In this document: in pieces, positions 9,112 to 18,333 of the stretch
How the letters are laid out: the number at the start of each line of letters is the position of its first letter
Position numbering within the stretch: the stretch's first letter is position 1
Assembly: GCA_000166095.1 (NCBI GenBank)
Contig: CP002278.1
Location: 1,170,001 to 1,202,000 of the forward strand
Direction of reading: 5' to 3'
Origin: Methanothermus fervidus DSM 2088
GTDB taxonomy: Archaea; Methanobacteriota; Methanobacteria; DSM-2088; Methanothermaceae
DNA length: 32,000 bases
Notes under the pieces: generated by a model
The model's input: only the letters and a program-made list of their open reading frames with translations
What the model was told of the DNA's origin: nothing
The model's database searches: none
Program-made: the position numbers and the translations under genes

Positions 9112-9729
9112 TTACAGTTTTTTAGCAATGGCAACTGCAAAATCTTGAGCAGCAGTAGGATCACTTGCAGTAATTATATTCCCTTCCACAACAACTGCAG
9201 ACTTTGTATAGTTAACACCATTTTCTTTTAATATTCTTATTAAATCATCGCTTGGATATACTGTAGCTTTTTTGTTTTTAAGTATTCCTGCCTTAGCTAA
9301 AATAGCAGGAGATGCACAAATAGCACCAATTATTTTACCTTTAGAATTAGCAATTTTAACGAATTTTATGACCATCTCCATGTTTGGGTCTTGTATTTTA
9401 CCTGTTACTCTTTGATATACTCCTGGTCCACCGACTAAAACTATAGCCTTATATTTTGAAATAAATTTATCCATGTCTTTTATATCACCAATATACACAT
9501 CATATTTCGTTCCTATATCTTTGTCAGCTGCAACAATAGTGACATTGTTACTTATCTTTTTCACTGCATCATACTCTTGACTATTAAATCCCTGAAATAG
9601 AACAATTGCAACTGCAGCAGGTCTTTTTTCCATTGTAGCTGTCTGCTTTTCTTCTAAGATTTTCTGACCTGCCAGAAACAAAATTACTATTCCTACAACT
9701 AATGCTATTAAATACCATTTTTTTGTCAT
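9112..9729 (-). CDS. DJ-1/PfpI family protein with N-terminal membrane anchor
   Basis: 205 aa. MTKKWYLIALVVGIVILFLAG is a signal anchor. The nucleophile elbow is IIGAICASPAILAKAG and LVGGPG is also present. Confidence 0.8.
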   Translation of the reverse strand: MTKKWYLIALVVGIVILFLAGQKILEEKQTATMEKRPAAVAIVLFQGFNSQEYDAVKKISNNVTIVAADKDIGTKYDVYIGDIKDMDKFISKYKAIVLVGGPGVYQRVTGKIQDPNMEMVIKFVKIANSKGKIIGAICASPAILAKAGILKNKKATVYPSDDLIRILKENGVNYTKSAVVVEGNIITASDPTAAQDFAVAIAKKL

Positions 9730-9771
9730 ACAAATAATTATTTCTATTTCTAAAATAAAAAATTTAAAAGA

Positions 9772-9824
9772 ATGATGATGGCCATCACTTCTGATATTAG
9801 GATGATGAACGGTCAGGACTCTGA
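9772..9824 (+). ncRNA. C/D box sRNA (2'-O-methylation guide), coordinates box C to box D
   Basis: The order is C box ATGATGA 9772-9778, 12-nt guide TGGCCATCACTT, then D' box CTGA 9791-9794. A 7-nt spacer follows. Then come C' box ATGATGA 9802-9808, 12-nt guide ACGGTCAGGACT and D box CTGA 9821-9824. This is exact archaeal spacing. An A/T-rich stretch lies about 25-35 nt upstream. Confidence 0.75.
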
Positions 9825-10531
9825 GTAATAGAACCCAGATTTCTTAAGTCTTTCAGATTTACAATATATTTCCCATTGTAATAAGGTACATTATTGCTGA
9901 TGTTCCTTTTTAAGCAAAATTCAACATCTTTATACAAACCTAACTTTTTCAATTTTTTAGCTGACAATGAATCTTTTACAGCTTTATCTACTTCATCTTT
10001 ATTCATGCTTGCCAATAATGCAGATTTTGCATATTCACTTAACTCAACATTTTTCATATATTTTATTATCTCTCCAGCACCTAAAAAGTCTTCTAATGCA
10101 AAATTACCTTTTACACCAGCCATTACGATATCTATATGTTCGTTAGCAAGTTTCAAAGCAACATTTGCTACAGATTTAGCATTTATAAATGACCCTATTA
10201 ATGTCCTACATTTTATCTGATTTAATACTCTTGTGCCATTTGTTGTTGTTAAAATTAATATTTCACCACTTTTTTTCTGTATATCAATTGGTGAGTTACC
10301 AATATCAAATTCTCTGATTTTTTTCCCATTACGTTCTCCAGCTATCAAGCAATTCATTTTTTTGGATAATTTTAAAGCCAAATTTTTATCTGAAACAGGT
10401 AATATTTTTTTAAAATTATCCAATGCTGCTACAATTGTAGTGCTAGCCCTTAGTACGTCTACCATTATTGCCAGGTCGTTACTTTTTGATTTTTCTAAGC
10501 TCAACGTAACTTTCAAAAATACCAACCTCAT
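9797..10531 (-). CDS. comB: 2-phosphosulfolactate phosphatase (coenzyme M biosynthesis)
   Basis: 244 aa, ATG start. The VDVLRASTTIVAAL motif and overall length fit the ComB family. The last 9 codons plus the stop are antisense to the C/D sRNA. Confidence 0.8.
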   Translation of the reverse strand: MRLVFLKVTLSLEKSKSNDLAIMVDVLRASTTIVAALDNFKKILPVSDKNLALKLSKKMNCLIAGERNGKKIREFDIGNSPIDIQKKSGEILILTTTNGTRVLNQIKCRTLIGSFINAKSVANVALKLANEHIDIVMAGVKGNFALEDFLGAGEIIKYMKNVELSEYAKSALLASMNKDEVDKAVKDSLSAKKLKKLGLYKDVEFCLKRNISNNVPYYNGKYIVNLKDLRNLGSITQSPDRSSS

Positions 10532-10551
10532 AAATTTTTTAGGGGATTGAA

Positions 10552-11079
10552 ATGAAGATTGTTACAACGCCCATGTGTGAAAAAATTTTAAAATTAGCAG
10601 GTATAAAAAATTATATAGTTTCAAAAAATCCTGATGAAACTGATGCAGATATTGCAGTGGTGTTGTATGAGACAAATACAAAGAAAAAGGCTATAAAATT
10701 AAAATTAAATACATTTGATCAAATTGAAAAAAGTATTTCAAAGGTTAGGGATTTGCTTGGTGGTAAAAATAAAAAAATAAAAATAAATTTTCGTTGGGCA
10801 GATGAAAATTATCGTAAGGTTCAAAGAAGGAAAAATCGAAAAATAAAAGTAAAAGTTTATTCTAACTTTTTAAAAGACATTGTCAAAGATATGGGATATA
10901 AAATTGTTAATAAGAATCCTGACTTTATTATTTACCCTGATTATATGGAAGATAAAATTAAAGAAGAGAATGTGAGTAAAGTTAAGGTTCCATCCCATGA
11001 GAATGTACCAAAAGATCCGATAGAAAGAGCTAAAGTTAGGTATAATCTTTTGGAGAAGAAATTATGTATGAAACATTGA
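10552..11079 (+). CDS. hypothetical protein, first gene of the mmp7 operon
   Basis: 175 aa with a GGGGATTGA RBS. It is Lys-rich, has no signal peptide or TM, and I recognise no motif. Its stop overlaps the next gene by 16 nt. Confidence 0.5.
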   Translation: MKIVTTPMCEKILKLAGIKNYIVSKNPDETDADIAVVLYETNTKKKAIKLKLNTFDQIEKSISKVRDLLGGKNKKIKINFRWADENYRKVQRRKNRKIKVKVYSNFLKDIVKDMGYKIVNKNPDFIIYPDYMEDKIKEENVSKVKVPSHENVPKDPIERAKVRYNLLEKKLCMKH

Positions 11080-11969
11080 TCTATAAAGGTGGAGTACATA
11101 AAAGTGAAGAAATCAAAGAATTAGTAGAAGATTTGGGAGGTTTTGTTCTACAAGAAAATGTTATTCAGATGGATTTGATTCTTACATTAGCTGTGCCTAT
11201 AAAAGATGTAAAAAAAGTTGAAGAGAAAGCTAAAGAGTTATTAGGAAAAATTAGACCGGCACCAATGGTTGGTTCAGAGATAGCTGTGGTATCACCAACG
11301 CTTGCAAGACATCATTTACCACATTCTGCATGTGATATTGCAGAATATTTGCGTAGACATGGTGCAAAAACAAATATGATAGGCTTAGCACGCGGTGCTG
11401 GAAAAACAATATCACGCATATCAGAAGATGAAAAAGCTCTTATAAATGAGCATGATTTGGCAATATTTGCAATGGGTAGTTTTAAAGAATGTATAGAGAA
11501 TAAAACACATTTATTTTCAGATATAGATGTCCCTGTGGTTGTTACTGGGGCTCCTAAAATCGAAAATCTTCCAGGCGCAGATGCATATGTATCTGGTTTT
11601 GGAAGAATACCCAGAAGGTTAAAAAGAGGTGAAAACATAAGAGCTTTAAGGAAATTAGTAAAAGTCGTTGAAAATTTATTAGATAAAAAAAGGGAAGAAA
11701 TATCATTGGATCCTCCCTTAGTTCCACCAATAGTCGTTAAAAAAGAAATTGAGTATCAAGTACCAGAAGTTAAGGAAGTATATTCACCCACTCCGGTAAC
11801 TCTACAACTTGATGGTGTTAGAGTTAAACTTGATTATGATGAATATCATGAAAAAATTGGTTATGTAGAGGTTGATAAATATATACTCCATGAAATTTCA
11901 GAAATTATACCATCAAAAATGTATAATTATACACTTGTCAAATTGTTACCAGAAAGTTCCCTGTGGTAA
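11064..11969 (+). CDS. mmp7: methanogenesis marker protein 7 (McrC-like)
   Basis: 301 aa with a GGAGAAG RBS. The core [41 protein letters not shown]...[13 protein letters not shown]...VPVVVTGAP parallels the McrC pattern (VAMSPGRRHITKPVCEIT...NAGAG...VVHLG). The N-terminus [12 protein letters not shown] fits my recollection of Mmp7. Confidence 0.65.
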   Translation: MYETLIYKGGVHKSEEIKELVEDLGGFVLQENVIQMDLILTLAVPIKDVKKVEEKAKELLGKIRPAPMVGSEIAVVSPTLARHHLPHSACDIAEYLRRHGAKTNMIGLARGAGKTISRISEDEKALINEHDLAIFAMGSFKECIENKTHLFSDIDVPVVVTGAPKIENLPGADAYVSGFGRIPRRLKRGENIRALRKLVKVVENLLDKKREEISLDPPLVPPIVVKKEIEYQVPEVKEVYSPTPVTLQLDGVRVKLDYDEYHEKIGYVEVDKYILHEISEIIPSKMYNYTLVKLLPESSLW

Positions 11970-11972
11970 ACC

Positions 11973-12758
11973 ATGAATATTAAGATAATAGGTACGGCAC
12001 ATGTTTCAGAGAGAAGTGTGGAAGACGTAAAAAATACAATAATTGAGGAAAATCCTGAGGTCGTTGCAGTTGAATTAGATTATCGTAGGTATATGCGCCT
12101 AACAAGAGATGAAAATCAAAACACTTCTATTTTAGATATAATAAAAAATGGATTAAAAACTGGTAGTTTAAGTGTTATTATTGCCGGAGTGATCTTAACA
12201 TATCTACAAAACAAAGCTGGCGAAGATATAGGTATAAAACCAGGATCTGATATGATAGCTGCAATAAAAACTGCTGAAGAAATCGGTGCCAAAGTTGTTT
12301 TGATAGATAGAGATATTGAGATAACATTGAGTAGGGCTATGAATGCAATGTCTTTGTTTGAAAAATTAAAGCTTATTTTTAATATTTTCTTATCTTCTTT
12401 TAAAATGAAGGATATTGATATTGAGGATCTCAAAAAGAAAGATGTTTTAAAGAAAATAATGAAAGAATTTAAGCGAATAGCACCTAATGCATATAAAGTA
12501 ATTGTGGATGAAAGGGATGCATATATGGCCTATAGACTATTAAATATTGATAGTGAGAAAATAGTGGCAGTAGTTGGCGCTGGACATAAAAAAGGAATTG
12601 AAGATTATCTTAAAAATCCAGAAAAAATACCTCCTATATATAAGCTGTTAAATACTAAAATTAAAGATAGAAATCCAATTAATAAGATATTCCTACTATC
12701 ACTACTGTTCATAACATTTCTTTTACTAAAAATTTTAGTGGTGAAAGGATGTATCTGA
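11973..12758 (+). CDS. TraB/PrgY/GumN (Tiki-like) family protein with C-terminal TM
   Basis: 261 aa. The N-terminal IIGTAHVSERSVEDV motif, VAVELD and VVGAGHKKG are characteristic of the TraB family. The tail FLLSLLFITFLLLKILVV is hydrophobic. Confidence 0.8.
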   Translation: MNIKIIGTAHVSERSVEDVKNTIIEENPEVVAVELDYRRYMRLTRDENQNTSILDIIKNGLKTGSLSVIIAGVILTYLQNKAGEDIGIKPGSDMIAAIKTAEEIGAKVVLIDRDIEITLSRAMNAMSLFEKLKLIFNIFLSSFKMKDIDIEDLKKKDVLKKIMKEFKRIAPNAYKVIVDERDAYMAYRLLNIDSEKIVAVVGAGHKKGIEDYLKNPEKIPPIYKLLNTKIKDRNPINKIFLLSLLFITFLLLKILVVKGCI

Positions 12759-12973
12759 TTTTTAGATGTGATTGTGGTAGAGCTCTTTATGTTCATGAGA
12801 GTAACAGTGTGAAGAGATGTGTATGTGGAAGACTCATAAAGGTTAAAAGTAGAAGGATACTCGGAAAAGTTAACTCATTTGAAGAAGCATCTGAAATTGT
12901 TAGAAAATTACAAGAAGAAAAATATGGTAAAGCAGTTTTAATGACTGCTGATAAATATGGGGAAAATGAATAG
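12749..12973 (+). CDS. DUF1922 zinc-ribbon protein
   Basis: 74 aa. It has CDCG...CVCG cysteine pairs ([11 protein letters not shown]...[12 protein letters not shown]), a GGTGAAAGG RBS, and overlaps both neighbours. Confidence 0.7.
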   Translation: MYLIFRCDCGRALYVHESNSVKRCVCGRLIKVKSRRILGKVNSFEEASEIVRKLQEEKYGKAVLMTADKYGENE

Positions 12974-14555
12974 AGATTTGATATCGTTTATAAAAAAAGG
13001 TGAGAGAAAAAATATAGAATTTAAAGAAATACTTATGCCCAATTATCATCTCATAGGTGAACGAAAGAATAAATTAGTTTCACAGATGAAGTACAGGATA
13101 GAGAAAGGAAATGGAAAAGCAACTTATTTCTTAGGAGTCAGTGACGATGGAGAATTAGTAGGATTATCTCAGTCAGATTTAAAAAATAGTTTATATGTGC
13201 TTAAAAACCTTGCAAAAGAAATTGATGCTAGTATAGATAAAGTTGAAAAATATAAGGGAAAGAATGGTAAAATAGCAAAAGTAATGATATCTAAAAAATC
13301 AAATTTTAAAAAAGAACATCTTTTAGTTGGAGTAGCAGGTCATGTAGACCATGGTAAAAGTACACTTCTTGGTACTTTAACAAGTGGCACCCTAGATGAT
13401 GGATCTGGAAAAACAAGAATTTTTTTAGATGTACAAAAACATGAGATAGAAAGAGGATTATCAGCTGATTTATCATTTGCAGTTTATGGATTTAAAGATA
13501 ATAAGCCAGTTAGAGTTAATAATCCTCTCAATAAAAAAGAAAAATCAAGAATAATTGAAGAATGTGATAGAATTGTTTCTTTTGTGGATACTGTAGGGCA
13601 TGAACCATGGCTTAGGACAACTATTAGAGGAATTGTCGGTCAAAAATTAAATTATGGCATGATAACAGTTTCAGCTGATGAAGGACCAACACATATAACT
13701 AAAGAACATTTAGGTATAATTTTGGCAATGGATTTACCTGTAATTATAGTGATAACAAAAACAGACTTAGTTGATAAAAATAAAGTTGAGGAAGTAAGAG
13801 AAAGAATTGGTGAACTACTTAAATTAGTTGGAAGAATTCCATTTCAGATTAGAAACCGTTCAGATATTTATTCTATAGTAGATAAGATGAATGAGCATAT
13901 AGTACCTATTCTTGCTGTTTCTTCAGTCACTGGAGAAGGTCTAGATTTATTAGATGAATTATTTATGAATTTAAAAATTCCTAAAAAACCTGTAGATGAC
14001 AAAAAACCATTTTTAATGTATATTGACAAAATATATACAATAAAAGGTGTGGGAACCGTTGTAAGCGGTACTGTACGTCAAGGAAAAGTCAAAAAAGGTG
14101 ATAATTTAGTTTTAGGTCCTACAATTGATGGAGAATTTAAAAAAGTAAATGTTAAATCAATAGAGATGCATCATTATCAACTAGGATGTGCAGAAACCGG
14201 ACATGTTGTAGGTATTGCACTCAGAAATATATCTTCCAATGAAATTGAAAGAGGCATGATACTTGCAGATCCTAAATATAAAGTTAGGGCAGTTAGAGAA
14301 TTTGAAGCAGAAGTTTCTGTGTTAGTACATCCAACAACTATTAAATCTGGTTATGAGAGTGTTACACACATAGAAACAATAGCAGAAACAACTAAGTTGA
14401 AACCTCTAGATAAAGAATATTTATCAGCAGGTGACAAAGGTAAAGTCCGTATGAGGTTTAAATATAGACCTTATCATGTGGAAAGAGGTCAAAAACTAGT
14501 ATTTAGAGAAGGAAGAACTAAAGGTATAGGTTCAATAACTAAAATTGTTGAGTAA
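12957..14555 (+). CDS. translation-factor-type GTPase (EF-1A/GTPBP1-like)
   Basis: 532 aa. G1 is [10 protein letters not shown]3 is DTVGHE and G4 is TKTD. An EF-Tu domain II-like beta barrel follows ([19 protein letters not shown]). A roughly 110-aa N-terminal extension precedes the G domain. Confidence 0.85.
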   Translation: MGKMNRDLISFIKKGERKNIEFKEILMPNYHLIGERKNKLVSQMKYRIEKGNGKATYFLGVSDDGELVGLSQSDLKNSLYVLKNLAKEIDASIDKVEKYKGKNGKIAKVMISKKSNFKKEHLLVGVAGHVDHGKSTLLGTLTSGTLDDGSGKTRIFLDVQKHEIERGLSADLSFAVYGFKDNKPVRVNNPLNKKEKSRIIEECDRIVSFVDTVGHEPWLRTTIRGIVGQKLNYGMITVSADEGPTHITKEHLGIILAMDLPVIIVITKTDLVDKNKVEEVRERIGELLKLVGRIPFQIRNRSDIYSIVDKMNEHIVPILAVSSVTGEGLDLLDELFMNLKIPKKPVDDKKPFLMYIDKIYTIKGVGTVVSGTVRQGKVKKGDNLVLGPTIDGEFKKVNVKSIEMHHYQLGCAETGHVVGIALRNISSNEIERGMILADPKYKVRAVREFEAEVSVLVHPTTIKSGYESVTHIETIAETTKLKPLDKEYLSAGDKGKVRMRFKYRPYHVERGQKLVFREGRTKGIGSITKIVE

Positions 14556-15432
14556 TATTTCTCAAATATTTTTTTAATTCACAAACTTTACATAATTCAT
14601 TGGATGAAGGCCAAAAACATTCTTTACATTCCACAACTTTGACATCTTTTTTCTTTAGGCTTAAAAATGTTTTTTTAAATGATTTCATTATATTTTCTTT
14701 AGTTCCTGGTTCAATTTTTTCTATTTCATTTAAAAAATTCATAAGTTTAAATCTAAAAGAATATTTTGAGTATGGACATCTTTCCATTTGAACTTCAATA
14801 TCGTTTTTAACTACCCAATCAATAACCTCTTTCTCTGAAACTTCCCAAAGAGGTTTTATTCTAGGTATAAGTTTTGGATGTATTCTATCTAGCTTAGGTC
14901 CAAATTTGTAAAATCTGAAAGTATCACCTCTAACTAAACTCATTAAAAATGATTGTATTTCATCGTCAAGATTATGGCCAGTTGCAAGTTTTGATGCACC
15001 AACCTCATATGCAGTTTTATTTAACAAATATCTTCTAAAGATGCCACATGGAATGCATGGAGTATCAAAATAATCTTTAATTTCATCAACTTTAAATCCA
15101 AACTCTTCTTTAAAACTTTTTTTTATCAATTCAACTTCTAGTTTTTTCACATGTTTTCTTAAATATTTTAAAGCATTTTTCCTATAGTTTTTTATTCCTT
15201 CATCAATAAAAATTGCGTTTAATTTGAAGTTAATTTCATTTTGTAAATTTTTTAAAGCATAGAGAGTGAGTAAGCTGTCTTTTCCTCCAGATAATGCAAC
15301 AGATATTACATCGCCATTTTCAATTAATTTATAATTTTTTACAACTCTCCTGATCTTTTTCATTAATTCATTATTAAATATTTTTTCAGCCCCCTTAATA
15401 GTAAAATTTTTAAGATCTTTTATATAAGTCAA
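14539..15432 (-). CDS. PP-loop ATPase, TtuA/NcsA-like tRNA 2-thiolation protein
   Basis: It has the SGGKDS PP-loop, [10 protein letters not shown] and a C-terminal CKEC...CKVC. The track start at 15432 is TTG and the next ATG is at 15363. The conserved F....KK(I/V)...V..YKLI helix lies upstream of that ATG, so TTG is favoured, but the start remains uncertain. Confidence 0.75.
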   Translation of the reverse strand: MTYIKDLKNFTIKGAEKIFNNELMKKIRRVVKNYKLIENGDVISVALSGGKDSLLTLYALKNLQNEINFKLNAIFIDEGIKNYRKNALKYLRKHVKKLEVELIKKSFKEEFGFKVDEIKDYFDTPCIPCGIFRRYLLNKTAYEVGASKLATGHNLDDEIQSFLMSLVRGDTFRFYKFGPKLDRIHPKLIPRIKPLWEVSEKEVIDWVVKNDIEVQMERCPYSKYSFRFKLMNFLNEIEKIEPGTKENIMKSFKKTFLSLKKKDVKVVECKECFWPSSNELCKVCELKKYLRNITQQF

Positions 15433-15436
15433 AATT

Positions 15437-15739
15437 ATGATAATTGCTGAGATTAGTGTGGTCCCGGTAGGAACAAATTCAACTAGTTTGAGTGAGTATA
15501 TAGCTGCTGCAGTATCAAAGATTAAAGAAAAAAATATTAAATATAAAGTATCATCGATGGGAACACAAGTTGAAGTTAAAGATTTGGAAGAATTATTTGA
15601 GGTTGTTAAGGCTGCTCATGAAGCAGTAATTAATAAAGGGGCTGACAGAGTATATACTACAGTGACAATAGATGATAGGAGAGATGTTGATAAAAGTTTA
15701 GAAGAGAGAGTAGATGCAGTGAAAGAAAAACTAAAGTAA
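15437..15739 (+). CDS. MTH1187/YkoF-like (UPF0045, DUF77) thiamine-binding-fold protein
   Basis: 100 aa. MIIAEISVVPVGT...YTTVTIDDRRD matches the family pattern. Confidence 0.8.
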   Translation: MIIAEISVVPVGTNSTSLSEYIAAAVSKIKEKNIKYKVSSMGTQVEVKDLEELFEVVKAAHEAVINKGADRVYTTVTIDDRRDVDKSLEERVDAVKEKLK

Positions 15740-15767
15740 AATCAATTTTAATTTTATTGGTGATATT

Positions 15768-16088
15768 ATGGTACAAATTTCTGATGCTATTAGGGAGATT
15801 GGTAAAGCTGAAAACGATGCAGAAAAATTAATCAACGATTCAAAGAAAAAGGCAGAGGAAATTATAAACAATGCTAAATTGGAAGTTTCAGAAATTATAG
15901 ATAAAGCTAAGATGGAAGGAGAAGAAGAAGGTAAAAGATTAATTATTGAGATGGAAAACAAGGCAAAAAGGGAAGCATTAAAAATACGCAATAAATCTAA
16001 AGAAAAAATTGAAGAAATAAAACGCCAGGCAAATAAAAAAATTGAAGATGCTGCAAACCTTATTATAGAGAGAATATTAGCGATGTGA
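15768..16088 (+). CDS. atpH: A-type ATP synthase subunit H
   Basis: 106 aa, a K/E-rich coiled coil in the first position of the atpHIKECFABD operon. Its stop overlaps the next gene. Confidence 0.8.
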   Translation: MVQISDAIREIGKAENDAEKLINDSKKKAEEIINNAKLEVSEIIDKAKMEGEEEGKRLIIEMENKAKREALKIRNKSKEKIEEIKRQANKKIEDAANLIIERILAM

Positions 16089-16093
16089 GGATT

Positions 16094-18067
16094 ATGTTAT
16101 TACCAGCAAGAATGAGGAAATTGTACATCATCACTCTTAAAGAATATGCAAAACCAATGATTCGTGCCTTACACGAAGAAGGGATAGTTCAAATAGAAGA
16201 TGTTTCAGAGAGAATTGAGCGTGATGTACAATGGAGAAGAATTATGAAAGCTGGTGAAGCAACTCCAGAAGCATCTAAAGTATCTTCCTTATTAATGAGA
16301 GTTTCTGGAATTCTTGATTTTTTCAAAATTGCAGAACCAAAAAGAGGAATGATGGATACATTAAAAAACATAATAAATCCACCTATACCAAAAAAAAGAG
16401 AGGTAAAAGATTTAAGTACAAGGGGAATTATTAGTAAAGCTGAAAAAGTTCTAAATGAAGTTGAATCAAAAACAAAAAACATTGAAAAAAAGTTAGATGA
16501 ATTAGATTCTGAAGAAGACGAACTTAAAGATGTTTTATCATTGTCAAAGATGTTAATAGATTTTGATGTTGACTTTTCAGAGATTAGTAGATTCAAACAT
16601 GTGTCTGTCATTGTTGGAAAATTACCTGCAGAGAATTTTGAAAGATTCAAAAAAGAAATAAAAGACATAACTGAAGAAGTTGTATTTTCTGCTACAGGAA
16701 ATGAGAAAGAAAAAATAATTTTTGTAATTGTGAATAAGAATTATCATAATGACGTGTTTAGGCTTTTAAGAAAATTAGAATTTGAAAAATTTGATATAGA
16801 AAAATTGGAAGGGAAACCAAAAGAAATTGTAAAAGAAGTTAATGAGAGGTTAAAAGAAATAAAAAAAGAGAAAAAAGAATTAATTTCAAAAATTAGAGAA
16901 ATAAAAAGAGAATGGGAAAATGATTTATTAGTTTTAAGAGAATTATTAGAGATTGAAAAAGAAAGAAATGAAATATTCAGTAATTTTGGGGAAACATCAA
17001 ATACAGTATTGATGGAAGCATGGGTACCCAAAAAGAAACTAAATAAAGCCATGAAGATAATTCAGGATGCTACAGACAATCACTGTGTTATTGAACATTC
17101 TAAGGGAAGTAAAGATGCACCAATATTACTTGATAATCCTTCTTTTGCAAAACCATTTGAACCATTGTTAAAAATATATTCTCCACCAAATTATCATGAA
17201 TATGACCCTACAATTTTCATGGCGATCATATTTCCATTTTTCTATGGGTTCTGTGCTTCTGGAGTTTTTACAGGTGCATTGGTTTTACTGACAGGGTATA
17301 TACTTTATAGAGGTTTAGGGAAAGTTAATAAAACCATGAAAGATTTTGGTATAATTTTAATAGTTTGTGGAGTATGGGCACTTGTTTGGGGATTGTTGAC
17401 AGGAGAATTTTTTGGAGACTTTCTACCAAGATTTTTACATATGGAATTACCAACTGTAATGCATAACCTTGAACCACTTAAAAATCCTCAAAATCTTCTC
17501 ATTTTAGCGCTTGGAGTAGGACTTGCTCAATTAATTTTGGGATTGGTTACAGGAGCTGTTAATAACATAAAGAGAGGTAAATGGAAGATTGCTCTTTTTG
17601 ATCAAATATCATGGCTCTTGTTAATCATAGCTGCTGGTATAGTATATCTAGGAATTAGCATGAAATTTAGTTTAGCTATGTACTCAGGAATTGGATTGTT
17701 TGTTATTGCATTAGGGCTTATAGTGTATGAAGTAGGATTGATTGGTCTCATGGAAACATTTACATTTTTAGGAAGATGGCTTTCATATTCAAGATTGACA
17801 GCTTTGTGTATTGCAGGTAGTAGTTGTGGAATGGCAGTGAATATTTTAGTTCAGATGTCACAAGGGCCAACTATATTCAACTACATAATAATGGCATTGA
17901 TATTTGTTTCAGGACATCTAGCATTTGCAATGCTTCATGCTCTAGTATCATTTATACATTCCCTTCGTTTGCACTATGTGGAATTCTTCGAACAATTTTA
18001 TGAAGGTGAAGGTAGAGAATTTATACCATTTAGTGCAAAGAGGATATTTACAAAATTAAAGAAATAA
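16094..18067 (+). CDS. atpI: A-type ATP synthase subunit I (a-subunit/stator)
   Basis: The track start at 16085 is GTG. ATG 16094 follows a GTGAGGA RBS. The protein has a soluble N-terminal coiled-coil half and a polytopic C-terminal half with the conserved SYSRL motif (essential Arg). Confidence 0.9.
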   Translation: MLLPARMRKLYIITLKEYAKPMIRALHEEGIVQIEDVSERIERDVQWRRIMKAGEATPEASKVSSLLMRVSGILDFFKIAEPKRGMMDTLKNIINPPIPKKREVKDLSTRGIISKAEKVLNEVESKTKNIEKKLDELDSEEDELKDVLSLSKMLIDFDVDFSEISRFKHVSVIVGKLPAENFERFKKEIKDITEEVVFSATGNEKEKIIFVIVNKNYHNDVFRLLRKLEFEKFDIEKLEGKPKEIVKEVNERLKEIKKEKKELISKIREIKREWENDLLVLRELLEIEKERNEIFSNFGETSNTVLMEAWVPKKKLNKAMKIIQDATDNHCVIEHSKGSKDAPILLDNPSFAKPFEPLLKIYSPPNYHEYDPTIFMAIIFPFFYGFCASGVFTGALVLLTGYILYRGLGKVNKTMKDFGIILIVCGVWALVWGLLTGEFFGDFLPRFLHMELPTVMHNLEPLKNPQNLLILALGVGLAQLILGLVTGAVNNIKRGKWKIALFDQISWLLLIIAAGIVYLGISMKFSLAMYSGIGLFVIALGLIVYEVGLIGLMETFTFLGRWLSYSRLTALCIAGSSCGMAVNILVQMSQGPTIFNYIIMALIFVSGHLAFAMLHALVSFIHSLRLHYVEFFEQFYEGEGREFIPFSAKRIFTKLKK

Positions 18068-18083
18068 TTGGAGGTGTATATTC

Positions 18084-18329
18084 ATGCCCGCACTAACATT
18101 AGGTACTGCACTTACTGCGGTAGGTGCTGGTCTGGCAATAGGTTTTGCAGGTTTAGGAGCTGGAGTAGGACAGGGAGTAGTTGGATCATCCTCAGTTGGA
18201 GCAATAGTTGAGGATCCTGGATCATTTGGTAAAAGCCTCCTATTTACAGCTCTACCAGAAACTCACACAATCTTTGGATTCATTATTGCTATAATGTTGA
18301 TAATGTTTTCAGGAATGATGGGCGGATGA
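18084..18329 (+). CDS. atpK: A-type ATP synthase proteolipid subunit K (single hairpin, 81 aa)
   Basis: GGAGGTG RBS. It has two Gly/Ala-rich TM helices, with the ion-binding carboxylate in LPETHTIFG and a Gln in helix 1 (GVGQGVVG). Confidence 0.92.
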   Translation: MPALTLGTALTAVGAGLAIGFAGLGAGVGQGVVGSSSVGAIVEDPGSFGKSLLFTALPETHTIFGFIIAIMLIMFSGMMGG

Positions 18330-18333
18330 CACA

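Noticed and set aside
9776-9787. 12-bp perfect palindrome TGATGGCCATCA as an operator upstream of the DJ-1/PfpI gene
   Set aside because: It is made of the 3' part of the C box plus the first guide of the C/D sRNA, and the sRNA reading explains the surrounding 53 nt much better. A protein-binding role cannot be excluded but has no independent support.
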